From: Sulfolobales archaeon
GTDB taxonomy: Archaea; Thermoproteota; Thermoprotei_A; Sulfolobales; NBVN01
Reading direction: 5' to 3'
Assembly (NCBI GenBank): GCA_038841535.1
Contig: JAWBTQ010000001.1
Span: 1-64,000, forward strand
Length of the DNA: 64,000 nucleotides
Below are positions 1 to 10,555 of the stretch, piece after piece. Under the pieces are notes generated by a model. The model made no database searches, had not been told where the DNA came from, and was given only the letters and a program-made list of their open reading frames with translations. Within the stretch, counting starts at the first letter, position 1; the number at the start of each line of letters is the position of its first letter. A program made the translations under genes and the position numbers.

Positions 1-45
1 CGCGCTATCACCCCTTCAGCAGTTATCATGGAGGTACTTATGTAC

Positions 46-313
46 GGGGTTCAGCTCTGATATAGGTTTGTATTTGTTGGTTTCGTTGCCTCATCTCTTT
101 TCCCCTGCATCAGTCTTGGGTCTGCACCACCCTTAGGGGCTTTCAGGGGCACCCCTAGACCCCCACATCTTGAGTATCTCGGGGAGAGCCCCTAGGGAGC
201 TCTCAACCCCTCATCGAACTATCCCCACACACTACTACACATAGAGTACTTAAGAGTTTCCATCCACATAAACAAATATGAAGAGATGTGAAACCCGAAA
301 CAGTTGCTTTAGG
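46..313 (-). mobile_element. Miniature IS607/tnpB-derived non-autonomous element (promoter + omegaRNA-like scaffold), copy 1, family A
   Basis: Reverse complement is nearly identical to 30124-30391. Left end GCCTAAAGCAACTGTTTCGGGTTTC, TATA-like GAAACTCTTAAGTA, right end GAGCTGAACCCC; no ORF. Confidence 0.8.
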
Positions 314-753
314 CACACCAATACGAGCGCTGTGCTGAGAGTAAAAGTGTGTGCTAGCAGGGAGTCAGCTAGTATACTCTTTAGCTGCGGAAGCTAGCCC
401 CTAGAAGGGTTAAGCTTGTATACTACTGAGAGAAGGTTAAGCTAGAACGATATGTCTTACTCTTACTTTACTCGTCTTTAGACCGTTTTCTTCTAGGTAT
501 CTAAGTAAAGCGCGTCTTATGATTTCCGATCTACTGAGACCCGAGTTCTTAGCTGCCGAGTCTAAAGCATTTAAGAGAGAATCATCAATCTTCAATGATA
601 TAACTTTCAGCTTGACTCACCAATATTCCCTGAGAACGGTAGCTTATAATCACGGGAAGTTTTTAGTTGATATGTACGAGTGCTTTGAGATTAGTACATA
701 TAGACAGATAATTTTATAAACCTCTATTAGTACTACTCTTGGAGGGTTCGTAC

Positions 754-1086
754 ATTCCGACAGTCCACATATCGCTCCCCGAAGGTGTGTATGAGGAACT
801 TAGGAGAGTGGCTACAAGCATGGGAATTCAGATAACGGACCTCATTAAAATGTATATAAGGTTGGGACTTCAAGATTCCCTCATGTCTGAGCACCGTATG
901 CTGTACTCAGATAGCACCAGGGAGATATCTAATAGACTCGTTTACATAGAGGGTAAGCTGGCTTTATTAGATGAAACCCTCAGAGAAACCTTGAGAAAGC
1001 TTCAAGAAGTCGAGGAAAGAGTTAGGGAACTGGAATCCCCCATACCGTCAGCGGTTTTAAAGAGAACTGGAGGTAAACTTAAATAA
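754..1086 (+). CDS. Ribbon-helix-helix (CopG-like) DNA-binding protein with coiled-coil C-terminus
   Basis: PTVHISLPEGVYEELRRVA...QITDLIKMYI is an RHH pattern. TATA at 711-720, GGAGG at 741-745; probable ATT start at 754 (ORF track uses TTG 739). Confidence 0.75.
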   Translation: MPTVHISLPEGVYEELRRVATSMGIQITDLIKMYIRLGLQDSLMSEHRMLYSDSTREISNRLVYIEGKLALLDETLRETLRKLQEVEERVRELESPIPSAVLKRTGGKLK

Positions 1087-1105
1087 CTAGGTAGATAACT
1101 TAGTT

Positions 1106-1170
1106 TTGGTCCTACTAAGTGCCCCGAGTCGCGGGGTTCGATGAAGTAGGAAGGGCCACCCCCGGCCCTT
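1106..1170. ncRNA. Putative small structured RNA (two GC-rich hairpins)
   Basis: TCCTACT/AGTAGGA stem enclosing CCCCG/CGGGG, plus an AAGGGCC/GGCCCTT hairpin; a minus-strand GAAACCTTAAG promoter-like motif lies ~25 nt away. Confidence 0.45.
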
Positions 1171-1633
1171 TTCTTTACCTACTCTCTTCTTAAGGTTTCA
1201 TAGCAAGACTCAAAGCTAGGGCAGCTGTCTTCTCTATATCTCTGCGGAATGTTCATAATCTTTTTGCTCTGATTCTATTCGTAGTGATGTGTTGGTTTGT
1301 TGTGTGACTCTGGTAGTGATGTGAGTACTGCTCTAGCTACCTGAGAATGACTAAATAGCAGACCTAGGTATGAGCTTTGTTTCACTGGGTTCGACAACCA
1401 CTTATGAACTACGTAGATACATAGGTCCGCGCAGGAGAAATAGAAGTCCCATAGCACGAAAGAATACCAAAAGAACGAAGATCTAGGAAAAATCGATAAT
1501 AGGTGGCTGAATAGTGCTTCAAGCTGTGTGTTGGTTTAAACTGGATACACTACTGCTTTCCTCTGTCTATCCCAGGTCTGTAGAGTGTCTAGATTTTATA
1601 TGATTGTCCACCCAATTATAGTGGACGATTCCC

Positions 1634-2713
1634 GTGGATGTTGAGTCTAGGTTGAGGTTAGTACTTAGGGATACTGAAGAAGTTGTAACTGTAGATGAGC
1701 TTAAAGACCTGCTAGAGGCTGGTGGCGGTAAGGGGTACTTAGGCTTTGAGCCTAGTGGTTTGTTTCATGTAGGGTGGCTTATCTGGGCCTATAAGTTCAA
1801 AGAGCTCGTGGACGCAGGTTTTAGAATGGTTTTACTGGCTGCGACTTGGCATGCTTGGATAAACGACAAACTCGGAGGTGACCTAGACCTAATAAGAGCA
1901 GCGGCTAATCACGTAGTAGACATTCTTAATGCGATAGGCTTGGAGGGGCGGTTTGAGGTAGTGTATGCTGAAGACTTAGTTGATAGCAGAGAGTACTGGG
2001 CGATGTTGCTTAAGGTAGCTAAGTCTACTTCTATCGCTAGAGTTAGGAGGGCACTCACTATCATGGGTAGAAGAGCGGATGAAGCAGAGTCAGACTTCTC
2101 GAAGCTAGTATACCCACTCATGCAGGTTACAGACATATTCGAACTAGACGTAGACGTGGCCCTAGGTGGGATTGACCAGAGGAAGGCCCACATGCTAGCG
2201 AGAGATGTAGCAGAGAAGCTCAGTAGGAAAAAGGTGGTCGCAGTCCACACTCCACTTCTGCCATCACTTCAGGGGGTCTCTAAAATGGAAGTAAAGACCC
2301 TACCAAGGGACGAGATGATGTCAGAGATTAAGATGAGCAAGTCTAAGCCGGAGTCAGCGATATTCGTTATAGACTCAGACGAAGAAATCAAGGCGAAGAT
2401 AATGAGAGCGTATTGTCCTCCCAGAGAAGCTGAAGGAAACCCAGTGCTGGGGATAGCGAAGCACATAGTGTTTAGAGGTAGTGAAGTGGAGTTTCGAATT
2501 GAGAGACCGAGTAAGTATGGGGGGCCGGCTACGTACTGGAGGTATGAGGAGCTAGAAAGAGACTACGTCGATGGCAAGATCCATCCAGTGGACCTAAAGA
2601 GCTCTGTGGCTGAGTACTTAGCAAAGAAAGTCATAGGGCCGCTACGGAGCTACGCTATGAGACCGGATCGAGAGGAGTTACTCAGAAAAATAGGTGTCGC
2701 AGTTACGAGATAG
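1634..2713 (+). CDS. tyrS: Tyrosine--tRNA ligase
   Basis: GFEPSG..HVGW (HIGH-like), YPLMQVTD, GGIDQRKAHMLARD and KMSKS motifs. Confidence 0.97.
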   Translation: MDVESRLRLVLRDTEEVVTVDELKDLLEAGGGKGYLGFEPSGLFHVGWLIWAYKFKELVDAGFRMVLLAATWHAWINDKLGGDLDLIRAAANHVVDILNAIGLEGRFEVVYAEDLVDSREYWAMLLKVAKSTSIARVRRALTIMGRRADEAESDFSKLVYPLMQVTDIFELDVDVALGGIDQRKAHMLARDVAEKLSRKKVVAVHTPLLPSLQGVSKMEVKTLPRDEMMSEIKMSKSKPESAIFVIDSDEEIKAKIMRAYCPPREAEGNPVLGIAKHIVFRGSEVEFRIERPSKYGGPATYWRYEELERDYVDGKIHPVDLKSSVAEYLAKKVIGPLRSYAMRPDREELLRKIGVAVTR

Positions 2714-2714
2714 G

Positions 2715-3392
2715 TTAAGTCATGCTTAACAGGTAGACTTTAGTCTTCACTATTGGCTGAAGGTCTTCAGGAGTTACCACTAGCTCGTTGGTTTGCATGC
2801 TCACTACTTCATATACGTCCCTCACGATGTCTACGAATATATCTACTGGCTGAAGTGGTAGATTCATACCCTTAACCCAGTAGTGCATGGGTACAGTAAC
2901 CTTAGGCTCAACAATCTTCACTACTTCGAAAGCCTCTCTAGGGTCTATAGTGAATGTTCCACCTACTGGAACAAATAAGACGTCTACTGGCTTAAGCTCT
3001 AAGGCCGTGCCCTCGTCGAAAACGTGCCCTAAGTCACCTAAGTGAAGTACTCTTACTCCATCAACTTCGACTTTATAAACTACTACCTCACCCCGCCTCT
3101 TACCTTTGACCTTGTCGTGGTAGAGCTTGATGCCTCTAGCCTTATGCCGCCCACCCACCAAGAACTCACCCTCTCTCATGGAGTATTTTTCAGCAGCAGG
3201 CTTCGCCACTATATTATACGCGTTGTGGTCGAAGTGTTCGTGGGTTATGAGGACGGCATCGGCTTTGAAGCTGGGTGGCTTTATGCCAAGACTGTACCCG
3301 TCGTGCGGGTCGATAGCTATAGTAAACCCGTCGTGGTCTATAAGCTCAAAACATGCGTGGCCGTGCCACCTAATAATCAAGTTCTCCACCAA
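2715..3392 (-). CDS. MBL-fold metallo-hydrolase (UPF0173-like)
   Basis: WHGHACF, THEHFDH, HLGDLG and PMHY motifs. Confidence 0.9.
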   Translation of the reverse strand: MVENLIIRWHGHACFELIDHDGFTIAIDPHDGYSLGIKPPSFKADAVLITHEHFDHNAYNIVAKPAAEKYSMREGEFLVGGRHKARGIKLYHDKVKGKRRGEVVVYKVEVDGVRVLHLGDLGHVFDEGTALELKPVDVLFVPVGGTFTIDPREAFEVVKIVEPKVTVPMHYWVKGMNLPLQPVDIFVDIVRDVYEVVSMQTNELVVTPEDLQPIVKTKVYLLSMT

Positions 3393-3479
3393 GTACTTAT
3401 ACTATGGTAAAGTAATAAAGCTTCCTCATGAGGCTTTGCAGTAGCTTATTTACTGTATAGTAAACGTCTTGGGGGCATC

Positions 3480-4337
3480 ATGGTGCTCGGTGTTAACGTA
3501 GTCCAGGCTATCGGCAGGTCGACGTATATGTTGATAAGAGTTAAGGGTGTCCTTGTAAGCAAGAAGTCTAGATACCAACAGATCGATGTGGTTGATACGG
3601 AGGAGTTCGGGAGGGTTCTCGTATTAGATGGTCTCGTGCAGAGTGCCGAAGTCGATGAGTTCTACTACCACGAATCACTCGTACATCCAGCAATGATTCT
3701 CCACCCTAACCCTCAAAAGGTTTTAATACTCGGGGGTGGCGAGGGTGCCACCCTCCGCGAGGTTCTAAAGCACAACACTGTTGAGAGAGCAGTTATGGTG
3801 GATATAGATGAAGAAGTCGTTAAAGTATCGCGAGATTACCTTACTAGCTGGCATTCAGGTGCGTTCGACAATCCAAGATCTACTATAGTCATAGAGGACG
3901 GAAGAACCTTCGTCGAGGGATTGAAGGAAAGGTTCGACGTGATTGTAATGGATCTCACGGACCCCTACGGACCCGAGATAGCTCAAGCTCTATACCGAGA
4001 AGAGTTTATCGAGAGACTACATGAGGTTCTCACTGATGATGGAGTTCTATCGACGCAGGCGGGGACCTCCTTCTTCTACCCAGAAGAGTACGATGAATTA
4101 CACCGGACTCTATCAAAAGCTTTCAAGAAAGTTGCATCATTTTCTGTCTGGATACCGTCATTTGGTTACTCCTGTAACTTCATAGTAGCATCTAAGACTA
4201 AGGGACTTAGCGAGATCACTGAGGATGAAGTAGACAGAACGCTTAAGGTTAGGGGGGTCACTACGAAGTTCATTAGTGGGAAGGTTATTAGGGCGCTACT
4301 CGATCTTCCCAGGTACCGCAAGTACTACGTCGAGTAG
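3480..4337 (+). CDS. speE: Polyamine aminopropyltransferase (spermidine synthase family)
   Basis: LDGLVQ, YHESLVH, LGGGEGATLRE and DLTDP motifs. Confidence 0.93.
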   Translation: MVLGVNVVQAIGRSTYMLIRVKGVLVSKKSRYQQIDVVDTEEFGRVLVLDGLVQSAEVDEFYYHESLVHPAMILHPNPQKVLILGGGEGATLREVLKHNTVERAVMVDIDEEVVKVSRDYLTSWHSGAFDNPRSTIVIEDGRTFVEGLKERFDVIVMDLTDPYGPEIAQALYREEFIERLHEVLTDDGVLSTQAGTSFFYPEEYDELHRTLSKAFKKVASFSVWIPSFGYSCNFIVASKTKGLSEITEDEVDRTLKVRGVTTKFISGKVIRALLDLPRYRKYYVE

Positions 4338-4340
4338 AGC

Positions 4341-5018
4341 TTAAGGTACGATGCTCTTAATGAGCGACTCCAGCTCCTTCATGTTCGAAACATAAACAAG
4401 GTTAGTGCTGTTTAGCAACTTACTGCACTCGATTAGAGTACTACTTAAGGCTACCGGGTACCCGACTACTTCAAAAGCACTGCAATCCCACTCACTATCT
4501 CCCACGTACATAGTCTCAAGTAGACTAATACTATGCTTTCTAGTTATTTCCTTGATTACCTCACCCTTCTTGAGGGGATTAACTACCTCTATACCCTGGG
4601 GTAGCAGCCTGCCTTCTTCATCGCAAAGCAGTTTGTTTGCGTAAACCTCGTCTATACCTAAGTTGCTAGCTACTCTAGTAGCAAGGTACTCAATTCCAGC
4701 ACTTACTATAGCTGTTCTCACTCCCCTGATCTTAAGGTAGGCTACAACCTCTCGAGCACCTTCAGCGATCTCTACTTTCTCAAAGGCTTCAGCAACCTCT
4801 CGGCAAAGCACGGTACCGCGGGCTCTTATTATGCTCTCTAGATCTAGCTTCATCCAGTCTGAGTACGTTATTAAACCGCGCTCAAAGTCCTTTGAGTAGC
4901 TTGCTTTGTTGATTAGCTCGTATGTACCGAAGACCTTGTGTAAGTAACCCCACGAAGACCTCTCTAAGACTAGAACCCCATCTAGGTCGAAAACAGCTAG
5001 CTTCAGCTTTCCCGACAT
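4341..5018 (-). CDS. HAD-IB family phosphatase (phosphoserine phosphatase-like)
   Basis: FDLDGVL motif I, VSAG, K, YVGDSEWD motif IV. Confidence 0.85.
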   Translation of the reverse strand: MSGKLKLAVFDLDGVLVLERSSWGYLHKVFGTYELINKASYSKDFERGLITYSDWMKLDLESIIRARGTVLCREVAEAFEKVEIAEGAREVVAYLKIRGVRTAIVSAGIEYLATRVASNLGIDEVYANKLLCDEEGRLLPQGIEVVNPLKKGEVIKEITRKHSISLLETMYVGDSEWDCSAFEVVGYPVALSSTLIECSKLLNSTNLVYVSNMKELESLIKSIVP

Positions 5019-5323
5019 CGAGCCGCTACCTCCTCTATAATGCTTTTAAATAGAGACTCTATAGCTTCTCTACTGACTCCAGCTAAGACTAACCTGCTTA
5101 GCAAGCGGGAGACTAGGTCTGCTAACTCTAGTACATGTCTACCAGTAGCTTCGCGCTCTAGATGGTCTACGTACTCAGGAGGATACGCAAAGAAGTCTCC
5201 TGAAACCCTCAACCCGAGCACTCTACACTTAAAGTCAGCATTCAGTTCAACCGTAAAAACCTTTCCACCTTCTTCTTTAACTTCTTTCCTAACGAATAGG
5301 ACGCTCACCTCATGAACACCCAT
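5003..5323 (-). CDS. Lipoate-protein ligase C-terminal accessory subunit (LplB-like)
   Basis: GGK...VSGDFFAYP pattern; overlaps the ligase catalytic gene. Confidence 0.8.
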   Translation of the reverse strand: MGVHEVSVLFVRKEVKEEGGKVFTVELNADFKCRVLGLRVSGDFFAYPPEYVDHLEREATGRHVLELADLVSRLLSRLVLAGVSREAIESLFKSIIEEVAARCRES

Positions 5324-6060
5324 TCACGTGACCTATATTTCCACTCTAACTCGGACGCTAACCTCAATTCGATCTCGGTGTAGGCGCCCTCTTGAAGCTC
5401 TACTCCCAGGCCTCTCCTAAACCCCTCAATCAAGGCCTCGATAGCCTCCTTCTTCTCTATATTCCTCCCCAAGTATTCTGATAGGGTTGTTACTCTTGCT
5501 CTAACTGGTCCCCTCGATGAGAGCTTAACTCCCTGGACCTTGATGACCTCAGAAAGAGCGTCTAAGTCTGTAGCGTACATGAACGTACCGTGCTGTAGCA
5601 CGAAACCAAACCTCCTAATCTGGGCTTGACCCGAAAACTTCCTGCCGGCTATCACACCATCGTTCAGTGGTACGAACTCAGCTGGCGCTCCTAAAACCCT
5701 GGCAGCCTCAATAACACCTGAAGCCAGGTACTTAAAAGACTCTGCTATATCTTCGGGAACACTCTGCTCTGGCACAACTATTGAGTAAGTAATCTCACCT
5801 TTCGGATCGTGATATACTGCCCCACCTCCAGTAACCCGCCTAACAACATCTACTCCCTCCCTGCGAGTGAATTCTAGGTCAACCACTTCCTCGATCTTCT
5901 GGAAGTACCCTAGAGTAACAGTAGGTTTATTGAAGACGTAGAGCCGTACAGTAGGGACACCACCCATAGCTGCGGAAAAGAGAAGAGCCTCGTCCATAGC
6001 CATATGGTAATATCCACTACCTTCATCAACTATTAGTCTAAACCTCAAGCTCTGTCCCAA
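5305..6060 (-). CDS. lplA: Lipoate-protein ligase A, catalytic domain
   Basis: MAMDEAL, RRVTGGGAVYHD, ND...RKFSGQAQ and LQHGT motifs. Confidence 0.92.
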   Translation of the reverse strand: MGQSLRFRLIVDEGSGYYHMAMDEALLFSAAMGGVPTVRLYVFNKPTVTLGYFQKIEEVVDLEFTRREGVDVVRRVTGGGAVYHDPKGEITYSIVVPEQSVPEDIAESFKYLASGVIEAARVLGAPAEFVPLNDGVIAGRKFSGQAQIRRFGFVLQHGTFMYATDLDALSEVIKVQGVKLSSRGPVRARVTTLSEYLGRNIEKKEAIEALIEGFRRGLGVELQEGAYTEIELRLASELEWKYRSREWVFMR

Positions 6061-6143
6061 AGTAGACAGCTGGCATGAAATAAATGTTTTGAGTTACAGT
6101 AATTAGCTATCCCTTGGTAGTCCTACCAACTTCATCTACGCCA

Positions 6144-8039
6144 CTAGCGAAATTCGGTAACACCTAGGTGCTTTAATAGGAAAGCAACTACGTCCGCCAT
6201 CTCTTTAGCGAGTACTTTAGGAGAAGATCCCGCGTGGCCGGACGAAGTCTCTAGTCTGAGGCACACTTCATTCCCATAACTCAGCAACTTTGCGTAGAAC
6301 TTGAGCGCGTGCGCTGGGTGAACTCGGTCATCGTATATACCAGTGAAAACTATTGTTGGCGGGTACCTCACTCCCTTCTTTACGTTATGGTACGGGGAGT
6401 ACTTCTCTAGGTACTCTCTGTCGGTAGGGACATCTGGGTTCCCGTATTCAGTAGTCCATGCTGCGCCTATGTACAGCTTGTGGAACTTGAGCATATCTAG
6501 CACTGGGTAGCCTATGGCTGCCGCACTCAATAAGTCCGGCCTTATTGTGATTACAGCACCTATTAGTAGGCCGCCATTGCTTCTACCCAAGCCAGCGACG
6601 CTGTAACCCATAGACTTGAACTTCTCGGCTACAGCTATGTAGTCATAGAAGACGTTAGTCTTCTTGTCGCGCATTCCAGCTTTATGCCATTCCTCACCGT
6701 ACTCCGAGCCACCCCTGAGGTTAGCGACAACAACGTCCACTCCCAGTTCCAAAAGTAGAGGAATCCAAGAGCTAAACGTAGGTGTGAGAGCTATACCGAA
6801 ACCACCGTAGCCGTAAACTACAGCACTTTTACTGCCTTTAGGGCTTCTAATCCAGAAGTAGTGTACTCTAACACCGTCGTGAGACTCAGCAAAACCTTCA
6901 ACAACTTGAGCATATACTAGGTCTTCGTGTTCAGCGAACTTCGTGAACACCGGTCTATTTTCGTGCTCTGCGACCTCGAGGACCTGGTAGGGCTTAGTAA
7001 AGTACCTTATCTCTAAAAATCCACCGCTTCCGTAGGAATACATTCTTGCAACACTTGCCGGCTCCTCGAAAGATAGCTCATCAACTATTCGACCCCTCAG
7101 ATCGTACACCCTGACTCTCGAGGAAGCGTCTAGAAGATACGAAGCAACTATGTGCTCTCCTACGAGTATCGCGTCCTGTAGTGCGGTGTTCTGTTCGGGA
7201 ACTAGTTCGACTACGCTTCCTCCTTCATCAATACTCAAGATCCTACCGAAACCCCGAAGGTCGTAAGCAGCAATAAAGTACCGGCTACCCACGGAATCTA
7301 TAAACGACGACCTGAAGTCCCCCTCTAGCACATTAACCCACTTACTAGGGTCTTCTAGTGGACCCGCGTAAAGAGAGTTCTTTACCCAACCATAGCTAAT
7401 ACTGACTAGTGCCTTTCGTCTATCGGCTGACTCAGTTAGAGATATGAAGTAGTTGCGTGGCAAACCACTCCCGAAAACTAACTCGTCTCTTTCGCTCTCT
7501 CTAAGAAATACTCTCTCACACGGAGGCTCAACTCCGTCAGGACACTTCCCTTCTCTATATAGCATAGTGTAGTAAAACCTTCCGTCTCCAAGAAGCACTA
7601 CATCTGATATACTTCCCCTCACTTTCTCTACGATTGATAGGTCCAGGAGGTCTACAACGACGAGCTCTCCAACATCTGATCCCCTTTCAGTGTAGAAATA
7701 AGCAAAGAGCCTTCCACCACCGTCGACGTAGTAGTTGTGGATTACAGCGCTTTCTCCAAGGTCCTGGCTGTCTATTAGCTTGAGGACTTCACTACCTCTT
7801 TCTAGGTTTATTGAGTACGTTGCGTTTCTCTTCATATAGAAGACTCCGGCAGGGTTCTTTTTGACGTTATATAATACCGGTATAGTGTAGTAAGCGAGGG
7901 CTTTTCTATAGACGTAACTGCTTAGAGGCTCTAGGCTGCTAACGCACTTACTGCTTTCAGATAATGCCCAGTTCACTACCTTAGGGTCGTTGATGTTCTC
8001 GAATTCATCAAACGGATCTAGCGACACATAAGACCCCAT
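6144..8039 (-). CDS. Prolyl oligopeptidase (S9A)
   Basis: YGYGGF, ANLRGGSEYGEEWH; catalytic GRSNGG, DDRV and GH. Confidence 0.95.
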   Translation of the reverse strand: MGSYVSLDPFDEFENINDPKVVNWALSESSKCVSSLEPLSSYVYRKALAYYTIPVLYNVKKNPAGVFYMKRNATYSINLERGSEVLKLIDSQDLGESAVIHNYYVDGGGRLFAYFYTERGSDVGELVVVDLLDLSIVEKVRGSISDVVLLGDGRFYYTMLYREGKCPDGVEPPCERVFLRESERDELVFGSGLPRNYFISLTESADRRKALVSISYGWVKNSLYAGPLEDPSKWVNVLEGDFRSSFIDSVGSRYFIAAYDLRGFGRILSIDEGGSVVELVPEQNTALQDAILVGEHIVASYLLDASSRVRVYDLRGRIVDELSFEEPASVARMYSYGSGGFLEIRYFTKPYQVLEVAEHENRPVFTKFAEHEDLVYAQVVEGFAESHDGVRVHYFWIRSPKGSKSAVVYGYGGFGIALTPTFSSWIPLLLELGVDVVVANLRGGSEYGEEWHKAGMRDKKTNVFYDYIAVAEKFKSMGYSVAGLGRSNGGLLIGAVITIRPDLLSAAAIGYPVLDMLKFHKLYIGAAWTTEYGNPDVPTDREYLEKYSPYHNVKKGVRYPPTIVFTGIYDDRVHPAHALKFYAKLLSYGNEVCLRLETSSGHAGSSPKVLAKEMADVVAFLLKHLGVTEFR

Positions 8040-8107
8040 AATATGTAAAGCGCTAAGAAAAAAGTAATTTTATTACGGTTATACGAGAATTTAGATGGTG
8101 TTGACTA

Positions 8108-9165
8108 TGCTGAGTAAGCACCCAGTAGAAGTTCTTAAAGAAGGAAAGCTAACGAAGAAGGAGTTAGCTGAAGCTCTAAGGCTCTCTATGATAGCTGAGC
8201 TAGACGCTATAAACCTATACCTTCAGATAGCTGAGAGAGTAGAAGATGAGAGGTATAGAAAGGTGTTTGAGGATATAGCTAAAGAAGAAAAGACTCACTT
8301 TGGGGAGTTCTTAGAGCTACTCAAGACACTCGATGAAGAGCAGATCAAGGAGATAGCGGCTGGAGCTAGAGAAGTAGAAGAGCTCACAGGGCTTAAAGCT
8401 GAAGGTAACTCAGATAAAGATGACACTCGGAGCGGTGGTATGGAACCACTAAGCGAAGAAGAGTGGGCTACTCTAAAGAAAGCCTTTCGAGAAATCTTAG
8501 AGGTAGCGAGAGTCTACAGAAAGCATCTTCCAGTAGTGCACATAGGGAAGGGTGTGCCGGCCGTCCCTCTAGGTACCGGAACACCCACACTCATAAAGCT
8601 GGAGGAGGTAAGCACCAAGTTCAAGATAACGCTACACGATATAGAAACGTCCAGGAGACTTAAGTCACCTGTCTACCTCGGCCCAGTGCAGGTAGCTGCC
8701 TATGAAACTGCTAGAAGAGAGAACGACTACATAACAGGGTCTCTAGTGAGCTCGGGCGGGATCAAGATTGATCTGAGTGACTGGGGAATCCCAGGAAACC
8801 CTGTTAGTGATATCACGAGAGCTACTGCTGAGCTACTGAAGGCGGGGGCTACTCCTCCTTTCATCCTCATAGTTAGCCCGTCTAGATACTCTAAGTTAGT
8901 CGCAGTACACGAGAAAACGGGTGTAATGGAGCTCACTAGGGTCAAGGCTATAGTAAAAGAAGTTGTTGCGGTACCTGAACTACCCGATAATGTAGCACTA
9001 GTAGTAGCATCTAACCCATCAGTACTAGACTTAGTTGTAGGTGCTGACGCCGAAATTGAGCTTATAGGACCTGAGAACGGGTTCTACGTGTACAGAGCGT
9101 GGGAGACATTAGCCGTTAGAATTAAAAACAGTATGGGTGTTGTGGTTCTAAGTGAACCTCACTAA
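8108..9165 (+). CDS. Family 1 encapsulin with N-terminal ferritin-like (Flp) fusion
   Basis: N-terminal AELDAINLY...EEKTHFGEF ferritin-like di-iron motifs, a Gly-rich linker, then a linocin/encapsulin shell domain ending WETLAVRIK. MLSKHP start at 8108. Confidence 0.9.
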
Positions 9166-9365
9166 GGCAAGTAACGGGATAAGGCACTAGTCACCTAGAG
9201 GCTCGGCTACTACTGGAAGCTTGAAACGTTTTTACTAGTTAACTGCTTTTGTTCCTTTGGTTGCTTGAGTTGTTTAAGGGATTTAATGAAATCCTTATTC
9301 ACTATGGGGAACGGGTAGCTGCTGGTTTTTATTCTAGATTGCTACCTACCTTGGTACGAAGGTGT

Positions 9366-9869
9366 ATGCGTGAGTACCCTAAGTACGCAATAGCAGCTGT
9401 AGCAGCGGTTTTAATGTTAGATGATAGAATCCTCTTGATAAAGAGGAAGTACCCTCCGGCCGTGGGAAAGTGGTCTTTACCTGGAGGAGTCATAGAGCCT
9501 GGGGAGGGTCTTGTGGACGCTGCACGTAGAGAACTCAAAGAAGAAACGGGACTAGAAGCCGAGCCCCTAGGGGTTCTGTGGGTACTCAACAATATCGTGT
9601 TAGACGCTAGTGGAAAAGTTAAGTACCACTACCTCATAATAGACATACTCTTCGACGGTCGAACGATTCATGGAGTCCCCAGGGCTAGTGGCGATGCATC
9701 AGATGTCGACTGGTTCTCTCTTAGTGAAGTAAAGCAACGAAATGACGTATCTCGAACGGTCAAAAAGCTGGTTCTGAGAATAGAGAGCCGCGGGCTAGCC
9801 TACATCCCCCTAGATTCTTCAGATAACGTATCTCGCGAACTAGACCAGCAGAGCTACGCTAACCTCTAA
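9366..9869 (+). CDS. NUDIX hydrolase (ADP-ribose pyrophosphatase-like)
   Basis: Nudix box GGVIEPGEGLVDAARRELKEETG; likely start ATG 9366 after GGTG. Confidence 0.92.
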   Translation: MREYPKYAIAAVAAVLMLDDRILLIKRKYPPAVGKWSLPGGVIEPGEGLVDAARRELKEETGLEAEPLGVLWVLNNIVLDASGKVKYHYLIIDILFDGRTIHGVPRASGDASDVDWFSLSEVKQRNDVSRTVKKLVLRIESRGLAYIPLDSSDNVSRELDQQSYANL

Positions 9870-10105
9870 CTTCACGCCTTAGCTAGGGGAAAGGGCTCTA
9901 TTATGAATCTACTTATTCGCCTTCGGGAGAGTACTAGTATACTACGTAGGTGATACTATTTCGGCTATATACCATGTAGAGAGTTTATGGCTATGAGTAG
10001 CTCCTTAAGCCGGACGTTAAAGCTGAAGACCCTGTATTTCAAAGGGGAGGTTAGGTTGAGGTGTTATGCGACTAATTCCTTCCGCTAGCTCCTAGGTTGA
10101 TTAGG

Positions 10106-10555
10106 CTACTGGCCTTTACCTTTACTAAGGTTCTCTTTTAATAGCTTAGTGAATACTCCCGGTTGGTTGATTGACTGCTCTATTCTTGCTAGAAGTTGTA
10201 GAGTCTCTACCCCTACCTCGATATCCTCGTCGTTAAGTACTATTGCTGAGACTCCTTCGAACGGGTTAAGTGGTGGATCGGGTAGTGATGGATCGGGTTT
10301 TTCTTTCCCTAGGTATACCCACCCCAATCTCTTCTTTCTCTTGTTTACTCTGTACCAGTACCTCCCGAAATAAACATACTTCAGCTTGACTCCATTATCG
10401 CTTTTGTAGGTAACGTGCATGGGCTTCACGTAATATCCCGTTTCCCTTATCCTCTCATTGTACTCCAGTAGCTCGAGTTTGAACTGTGTGTATAAGTCGA
10501 GTAGATAGCTTAAGCCGCTTCTAATCAGTACCTTCCTTCTCATAGTCAGCACCAC
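10106..10555 (-). CDS. Hypothetical basic protein, possibly nucleic-acid binding
   Basis: YVYFGRYWY...WVYLGK beta-rich motif; overlaps the upstream gene in an operon. Confidence 0.65.
   Translation of the reverse strand: MVLTMRRKVLIRSGLSYLLDLYTQFKLELLEYNERIRETGYYVKPMHVTYKSDNGVKLKYVYFGRYWYRVNKRKKRLGWVYLGKEKPDPSLPDPPLNPFEGVSAIVLNDEDIEVGVETLQLLARIEQSINQPGVFTKLLKENLSKGKGQ

Noticed and set aside
9985-10056. Weak resemblance to an IS200/IS605 right end (similar hints near 45445 and 43605)
   Set aside because: Too degenerate, with no intact hairpin or second copy.
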